A stretch of DNA of 64,000 nt from the human T2T-CHM13v2.0 reference genome, Homo sapiens, in the NCBI RefSeq assembly GCF_009914755.1, contig NC_060937.1. The stretch is one strand, 5' to 3'. Numbering within the stretch: the first letter of the stretch is position 1; each line of letters begins with the position of its first letter. Below, one piece after another: positions 56,101-64,000 of this stretch. The notes under the pieces were generated by a model, which was given only the letters and a program-made list of their open reading frames with translations, was not told the DNA's origin and ran no database searches. Made by a program: the position numbers and the translations under genes.

Positions 56101-59100
56101 CATTCCTTTCCATTCCATTCCATTCCGTTCCATTCCATTCCATTCGGGTTGATTCCACTCCATTCCATTCCATTGCATTCCTTTCCATTGCATTCCATTC
56201 GGGTTCATTCCATTCCATTCCGTTCCATTCCGTTCCGTTCCTTTCCATTCCATTGCATTGCATTCCATTCCATTCCATTCCATTCCATTCCATTCCATTC
56301 ATTTCCATTACAGTCGGGTTGATTCCATACCATTCCATTCCATTCCATTGAATTCCATACCATTCCATTGCACTCGGGTTGATTCCATTCCATTCCATTC
56401 CATTCCATTCCATTCCATTCCATTCGGGTTGATTCCATTCCATTCCATTCGATTCCATTCTATTCCATTCCATTCCATTCGGGTTGATTACATTCCATGC
56501 CATTCAATTCCATTCCGTTCCATTCCATTCCATTCCATTCCATTCAATTGCATTGCCTTCCATTCCACTCCATTCCATTGCATTCCATTCCATTCCATTC
56601 CATTCCATTCCATTCCATTCCATTCCAGTCGGGTTGATACCATTCCATTCCATTCCATTCCATTCCATTCCACTCCATTCCATTCCATTCCATTTCACTC
56701 GAGTTGATTTTATTCCATTCCATTCCTTTCCATCCCATTCCATTCCATTCTATTCCATTCCATTCCATTGCGTTCCATTGCATTTGTGTTAATTCCACTC
56801 CATTCCATTCCACTCCATTCCACTCAATTCCATTCCTTTCCAATCCATGACATTCAACTAGGGTTGAATTCATTGCATTCCATTCCAATCCATTCCTCTC
56901 CATTCAATTCCTCTCTGATTGAATCTATTCCATTCCATTCCATTCCGTTCTGTTCCATTCGTTCCATTGCATTCCATACCATTCTATTCCACTCGGGATG
57001 TTTCCATTCCATTCCATTCCATTCCATTCCATTTCATTCCATTCCATTCCATTCCATTCGGGTTGATTCCATTCCATTCCATTCCATTCCATTCCATTCC
57101 ATTCCATTCCATTCCACTCGGGTTGATTCCATTCCATTCCATTCCATTCCATTCCTCTCGGGTTGATTCCATTCCATTCCATTCCATACCATTCAATTCC
57201 ATTCCACTCTGGTTGACTCCATTTCATTCCATTCCACTCCGTTTCATTCTGGTTGATTCCATTGAATTCCAATCCATTTTATTCCATTCCATTCTGTTCC
57301 ATTCCATTCCATTCCATTCCATTCCATTATTGTGGATTCCATACCAATCCTTTCCATTCCTTTCCATTCCTTTCCCTTCCTTTCGATTCCATTCCATTCC
57401 ATTCTACTCGGTTTCATTCCATTCCATTCCATTCCCTTCCATTCCATTCCATTCCATTCCACTCTGTTTGATTCCATTTCATTTCACTCCATTCCATTCC
57501 ATTCCATTCCATTCCATTCCATTCCATTCCATTCCGATTGATTCCATTCCATTCCATTCCATTCCATTCCATTCCATTCCATTCCATTCCATGCCATTCC
57601 ATTCCATTCCATTGCACTCAGGTTGATTCCGCTCCGTTCCATTGCATTACATTCCATTTCATTCCACTCGGGTTGATTCCTTTCCATTCCATTCAATTCC
57701 ACTCGGGTTAATTCCATTCCGTTCCTTTCCATTTCACTCCATTCCATTCCATTCCATTCCGTTCCATTCTATTCGTGTTTATTTCATTCCATTCCATTCC
57801 GTTCCACAGCATTCCATTCCATTCCGTTCCATTATATTCGTGTTGTTTCCATTCCATTCCATTTCATTCCATTGCATTCCATTCGATTCCGTTCCATTCC
57901 ATTCGTGTTGATTCCACTCCATTCCATTCCACTCCATTCCATTCCATTCCATTCCATTCCTTTCCAATCCATGACATTCAACTTGGGTTGAATCCATTGC
58001 ATTCCATTCCAATCCATTCCTCTCCATTCAATTCCTCTCTGATTCAATCTATTCCGTTGCATTCCATTCCGTTCTGTTCCATTCCGTTCCATTGCATTCC
58101 ATACCATTTCTTTCCACTCGGGATGATTCCATTCCATTCCATTATATTCCATTTCATTCCATTGCATTCCATTTCATTCCATTCCACTCGGGTTGATTCC
58201 ATTCCATTCCATTCCATTCCATTCCATTCCTTTCCATTCCATTCCATTCCATTCCATTTCATTCCATTCCATTCCATTCGGGTTGATTCCATTCCATTCC
58301 ATTCCATTTCATTCCATTCCATTCCATTCCATTCCATCCATTCCACTCCTTTCCATTCCATTCCATTGCATTCGACTCAGGATGATTCCGCTCCATTCCA
58401 TTGCATTTCATTCCATTTCATTCCTCGCAGGTTGATTCCGCTCCATTCCATTGCATTACATTCCATTTCATTCCACTCGGGTTGATTCCTTTCCATTCCA
58501 TTCCGTTCCACTCGGGTTAATTCCATTCCGTTACTTTCCATTTCATTCCATTCCATCCCATTCCATTCCATTCCATTCCATTCCTTTCCATTCCATTCCG
58601 TTCCATTCTATTCGTGTTTATTTCATTCCATTCCATTTAATTCCGCAGCATTCAATTCCATTCCGTTCCGTTCCGTTCCATTCCAGTAGTGTTGTTTCCA
58701 TTCCATTCCATTCCATTCCATTCCATTCCGTTCCATTCCATTCGTGTTGATTCTATTCCATTCCATTCTACTCCTTTCCATTCCATTCCATTCCACTCCT
58801 TTCCAGTCCGTGACATTCAACTGGGTTGCATCCCTTGCATTCCATTCCAATCCATTCCACTCCAGTCAAATCCTCTCGGATTCAATGTATTCCATTCCAT
58901 TCCTTTCCGTTCTGTTCCACTCCATTCCATTGCATTCCATACCATTCCATTCCACTCGGGATGATTCCATTCCATTCCATTCCATTCCATTCCATTCCGT
59001 TCCATTCCATTCGTGTTGATCCCATTCCATTCCATTCCATTGCATTCCATTCCATTCCATTCGACTTCATTCCATTCCATTGCATTCCATTCCATTCCAT

Positions 59101-59545
59101 TCCATTCCATTGCATTCCATTCCATTCCATTCCATTCCATTCCATTCCATGCCATTCCATTCCATTCGTGTTGATTCCATTCCATTCCATTCCATTCCAT
59201 TCCATTCCATTCCATTCCATTCCATTCCGTTCCACTCGGGTTGATTCCATTCCATTCCATTCCAATCCATTCCTTTCCATTCCATTCCATTCGGGTTCAT
59301 TGCATTCCATTCTGTTCCATTCCGTTCCGTTCCTTTCCATTCCATTCCATTCCATGGCATTCCATTCCATTCCATTCCATTCTATTCCATTCCAGTCCAT
59401 TCCAATGCATTCCACTCCATACGTTCCATTCCATTCCACCCGGATTGATTCCATTCCATTCCATTCCATTCTATGCTATTCCATTCCAGTTGATTCCGTT
59501 GGATTCCATTCCGTTCCATTCCATTCCATTCCATTCCATTCCATT
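47000..59545 (+). repeat. Overlapping duplications at ~5.37-kb, ~6.87-kb and 1.48-kb offsets
   Basis: ~5.35-5.42 kb pairs: 47086/52476, 47400/52775, 48549/53889, 49899/55289. ~6.85-6.87 kb pairs: 49899/56768, 50050/56919, 50773/57642, 51977/58826. 1479 bp pair: 55289/56768. Confidence 0.9.
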
Positions 59546-60130
59546 CCATTCTCTTCCATTCCATTCCATTCCATTCGATGCCATTCCATTCGATTGCATT
59601 TCATTCCATTCCATTCCACTCGATGCCATTCCATTCGATTGCATTTCAGTCCATTCCATTCCACTCCGTTCCATTCCGTTCCATTCCTTTCTATTCTATA
59701 CATTTCCATTTCAATTAATTTCCATTCGTTTCCATTCCATTCGATTGCATTAAATTTAAGACTGTGCCATTCCATTCCATTTGATTCCATTCCATTCGAG
59801 ACAATTCCCTTCCACTCCATTCCATTCGAGTCCATTCCATTCCAGTCTATTCCATTACAGTCCATTGCTTTCCAGTGAATTCCATTCGAGTTCATTCCAT
59901 TCCATTCCATTCTATTCCTTTACATTCCATTTGATTGCATTCTGTTGCATTCCAATCGATTCCTTTAGATTTGAGTCCATTCCATTTGTGTCCATTCCAT
60001 TCCAATCTATTACATTCCAGTCCATTCCATTCCAGTCCATTACATTCGAGTCCATTCCATTCCATTGCATTCCATTCCATTCCATTCTATTTCATCCCAT
60101 TCCACTTCATTGCATTCCAATCCATTCCAT
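59546..60130 (+). repeat. Transition zone into a second CATTC satellite type (CATTCGAT-containing, then CATTCGAGTC/CCAGTCC)
   Basis: CGGGTTG disappears. CATTCGATG, CATTCGATTG, CATTCGAGAC and CATTCGAGTC appear between 59572 and 60055. Confidence 0.75.
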
Positions 60131-61030
60131 TTTATTCCACTCCATTCCATTCCACTCCAGTCCATTCCATTGCACTCCATTCCATTCCAATCCATTCCTT
60201 TCCATTGCACTCCATTCCACTCCATTTCACTCCACTCCACTCCATTCCATTTTTTTTCCATTCATTTCCATTAACTTCCACTGCACTCCACTCCAATTCA
60301 CTCCACTCCACTCCACCACATTCCATTCCACTCCACTATATTCCATTCCACTCCACTCCACTACACTCCACCACAAATCATTCCACTCCACTCCACTCCA
60401 TTCCATTCCATACCATTCCACTTCACTCCACTCCACTCCATTCCATACATGTCCACTTCAATCAACTCCACTTCTCCCCATTCCACTCCATTCCACCCCA
60501 CTCCACTTCACTCCACCTCATATCACTCCATTCTATTCCATTCAATTGCATTCCACTCCATTCCACTCCACTCCACTCCTCCTTATTCCACTCCATTGAA
60601 CTCCACTCCACTTCACATCACTCCATTCCATTCCATTCAGTTGCATTCCACTTCATTCCAATTCGCTCCACTCCATCCCATTCCATTGCATTATACTCCA
60701 CTCCACTCCAGTCCACTCCAATCCGTTCAATTCCATTTTTTCCCATTCCATTCCACTCCATTCCTCTCCACTCCATTGAATTCCATTCAACCCCATTCCA
60801 TTCCACTCCACTCCACTCCACTCCACTTCACCACATTCCAATTGATTCCATTCGAGACCATTGCGTTCCATTCCGTCCCATTACACTCCACTCCACTCCA
60901 CTCTGCTCCTTCCCATCCTACTCCACTCAAATCCATTCCACTCCTTTCTACCCCATTTCACTCCATTCGATCCCAGTCCATTCCATTCAAATTCTTTCTA
61001 TTCCACTCCATTCGAGTCCATTCCACTCTA
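60130..61030 (+). repeat. CACTC-rich (GGAGT/GAGTG-type) HSat3 variant block
   Basis: CACTC rivals or exceeds CATTC in frequency, e.g. CTCCACTCCACTCCACCACA at 60301 and TTCCACTCCACTCCACTCCACTCCAC at 60801. The ORF track shows HSTPL repeats. Confidence 0.85.
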
Positions 61031-64000
61031 TTCCTTCCCAATCCTTTCGAGACCATTCAATTGCATTCCATTCCATTTGAGTCAATTCCATTAAATTCCT
61101 TTCGAGTCCATTCCATTCTATGGCATTTGTGTCCATTCCATTCCATTCCATGCCATTCCATTTGAGTCCATTCCATCCCATTCCATTCCATCCCATTCCA
61201 TTCCATTCCATTCCAGTCCATTCCAAACTCATTACATTGCAGTCCATTCTATTCCACTCCATTCTTTTCCATTCCATTCCATTCCATTCCATTCCATTCC
61301 ATTTGAGCCCAGTCCATACCATTGCATTCCATTCGAGTCCATTCCATTCCATTCCATTCGAGTCCATTCCATTCCTTTCCATTTCATTCCATTCCATTCT
61401 ATTCCATTCCAATCCATTCCATTCGGGTCCATTCCATTCAATTCCATTCGAGTCAATTACATTCCATTCCATTTGGGTCCATTCCATTGCATAACATTGC
61501 ATTCGAGTTCATTCCATTCCATTCCATTCGAGTCCATTCCACTGTACTCCATCCCAATCCTTTCGAGTCCATTCAATTCCTTTCCATACCATTTGAGTCA
61601 ATTCCATTCCATTCCATTTGAGTCCATTCCCTTGCATTCCATTCCATTAGAGTCTCATCCATTCTATTCCATTCAAGTCCATTCCTTTCCATTCCATTAG
61701 AGTACATTCCATTAAATTCCATTGTATTCCATTCGAGTTCATTCCATTCCGTTCTATTCATGTCCTTTCCATTCCATTCGAGTTCATTCCATTCCAATCT
61801 TTTCGAATCCATTCCATTCCATTCATCCTATTCCATTCAAATCCATTCCATTCCACACCATACCATTCCATTCCATTCCATTCCATTCGGGTCCATTCTT
61901 TCCATTCCATTCGAGTCCATTCCATTCCATTCCATTCGAGTCCATTCCATTCCTTTCCATTCCACTCGAGACCATTCCACTCCATTCCATTCGGGTCCAT
62001 TCCTATCCATTCCATTCGAGTCCATTCCAATACATTCTGTCCCATTCGATTCCTTTGCATTCCATTCCATTCCATTCCATTCAGGTCCATTCCATTCCAT
62101 TCCAATCCATTCCTTTCTTGTCCATTCCATTCTACTCGAGTCCATTCCATTCCATTCCATTCCATTACATTTGATTCGAGCCCATTCAATTCCATTCCAT
62201 TCCATTCCCCTTGAGGCCATTCCATTGCATTCCATTCAATTCCAGTACATTCCATTCCACCCCATCCACTCGTGGCCACTCCATTCAATTCCATTCGAGT
62301 CAATTCCATTGCATTCCATTGGATTCCATTCAATTGCATTCCATTCCATTCCTTTCAAGTCCATTGAATTCCATTCGAGTCCATTCTATCACATTCCATT
62401 CGAGTCCATTCCATTGCATTCCATTCAATTCGAGTCTATTCCATTCTATTCCATTTGAGTTTCTTCCATTCCATGCGATTCCATTCCGTTCCGTTCCGTT
62501 TCATTCCATTCGGATCCATTCCATTCCATTCCATTGCACTCGAGTTGATTCCATTCTATTCCGTTCCATTTGAGTCCATTCCATTTCATTCGTGTCCATC
62601 CCGATACATTCCATTGCATTCGAGGCCACTTCATTCCATTCCATTCCATTCCATTATTTAAATGTCCATTCCGTTCAAACCCATTCTATTCCCTTCCATT
62701 CCATTTGATTCCATTACATTCCATTCCATTCCAGTCCTGTCCATTCCATTCCATTCCATTCAATTCGAGTCCATTCAATTCTATTCCATTTGAGCCGATT
62801 CCATTCCTTTCCACTCAAGTCCATTCTATTCCATTCGAGTCCATTCCATTCCATCTCATTCAAGTCCATACCATTCCATTCCATTTCATTCCATTCCACT
62901 CCATTTCATTCCATTCCTGTCCATTCCATTCCATTCCATTCCATTCCATTGGACTGTGTTCCATTCCATTCCATTCTGTTCCATCCCTTTCCATTCCATT
63001 CCGTTCCATTCCATTCGGTTCCATTCCATTCCACTCCGTTCCACTCCATTCTGTTTCATTCATATCCATTCCATTCCATTCTTCTCGAATACATTCCATT
63101 CCATTGTATTCCATTTGATTCCTTTCCATTGCATTACACTAGAGTCCATTCCATTCCATTCCATTCCATTGGAGTGCATTCCAATCAATTACATTTCATT
63201 CGAGTCCATTCCATTGCATTCGAGTCCTTTCCATTCCATTTCATTCGAGTCCATTCCATTCCAATCCATTCCATTGCATTGCATTCCATTCGAGTCAATT
63301 CCATTCCATTCCATTCCGTTCCATTCCATTCCATATTCCATTCGAGTCAATTCCATTCATTTCAAGTCCATTCCATTCCATTCCATTTGATTCCATTGTA
63401 TTCCATTCCATTCAATTCCATTCCATTCGAATCCATTCTATTTCATTCCATTTCATGCGCTTCCATTCCATTTAATTCCATTCCATTCAATTCGAGTCTA
63501 TTCCATTCCATTGCATTCCATTCGAGTCCATTCCACTGCATTCCATTTCAGTCGAGTCCATTCCATTCCATTCCTCTCTAGTCGATTCCATTCCATTCCA
63601 TTCCTCTCCATTTCATTCTAGTCCATTCCATTCTATTCAATTCCATTCGAGTCTTTTCCATTTCATTCCATTATATTCCCTTCCAATCCGTTCCATTCCA
63701 TTCCATTGCTTTCAGGTCCATTCAATTCAACTGCATTCCCTTCGAGTCCATTCTGTCACAATTTTTTACATTCCATTCTATTCCATTTCAGCACTTTTCA
63801 TTCCATTACTTTCCTTTTGTGTCCATTTCATTTCATTACATTCTTTTCCATTGCATTCCTATTGAGTCCACTCAATTCCATTGCATACCATTCGTGTCCA
63901 TTCCATTTTACTCCATTCCATTCCATTCCATTTGAGTCCATTCCACTCCATTCCGTTCGATCCCATTTCATTCCATTACATTACATTCCGTTCGAGTCCA
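61030..64000 (+). repeat. Diverged HSat3 subfamily punctuated by CATTCGAGTC / CATTTGAGTC (continues past the window end)
   Basis: Dozens of ATTCGAGTCC and CpG-decayed ATTTGAGTCC/ATTCAAGTCC units, essentially no CGGGTTGA, and short perfect pentamer runs. Confidence 0.88.

Larger units (their letters stand above)
6886..59545 (+). repeat. Human Satellite 3 array, (CATTC)n with interspersed CA(C/T)TCGGGTTGATTC; C-rich strand on +
   Basis: Continuous CATTC pentamers interrupted at short irregular intervals by the diagnostic ACTCGGGTTG/ATTCGGGTTG decamer (CAACCCGAGT on the minus strand). Single orientation throughout. Confidence 0.97.

Noticed and set aside
6890-59545. CRISPR-like repeat/spacer pattern (constant CACTCGGGTTGATTCC with variable intervals)
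   Set aside because: The intervals are themselves CATTC repeats of irregular length rather than unique spacers. There are no cas genes and the context is eukaryotic satellite.
6890-59545. Canonical heat-shock elements
   Set aside because: nGAAn units are direct repeats. I did not see alternating inverted nGAAnnTTCnnGAAn arrays, so no discrete HSE is called.
60250-60257. T8 run as a Pol III terminator or retrotransposon tail
   Set aside because: No adjacent Alu, L1 or tRNA body and no target-site duplication. It is a local slippage product.
10890-62716. DUX4-like sites TAATGGAATCA on the minus strand (10890, 13509, 20086, 41493, 62706)
   Set aside because: They have the TAAT-N3-ATCA spacing but a purine-rich middle unlike the TAAYYYAATCA consensus. 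They are few and one substitution from the common TGATTCCATTC.
6868-63581. Hundreds of FHSIP / MEWNG ORFs as protein-coding genes
   Set aside because: They are translations of the pentamer, identical in all frames. Their only use here was as markers for duplication offsets.
6890-64000. Strand inversion within the satellite
   Set aside because: CATTC stays on the + strand throughout and no GAATG-oriented block was seen.

Overview
This 64-kb window is primate (very probably human) heterochromatic satellite DNA with no credible protein-coding gene, RNA gene, CRISPR array or transposon. Order of blocks: (1) 1-372, a diverged GC-rich D4Z4/LSAU fragment on the minus strand matching DUX4 intron 2 and the start of exon 3 (pLAM); (2) ~370-6890, about 155 copies of the 42-bp AT-rich Human Satellite 1A monomer; (3) ~6890-59545, Human Satellite 3, (CATTC)n punctuated by CACTCGGGTTGATTC, containing many nested recent duplications of 40 bp to ~9 kb; (4) ~59545-64000, a different and more diverged HSat3 type (short CATTCGAT zone, a CACTC-rich block, then CATTCGAGTC-punctuated sequence). 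This combination is typical of acrocentric short arms (inference). All long ORFs are reading-frame artefacts of the repeats. I found no demonstrably new biological system. The items worth a second look are the microhomology-bounded junctions, the reconstructable duplication history, a one-base-deletion bias that creates 9-bp-spaced TEAD-type double sites, and a DUX4-type 3' exon lying downstream of the G-rich satellite strand. Family calls come from recalled consensus sequences and all coordinates from manual reading; no alignments were run.
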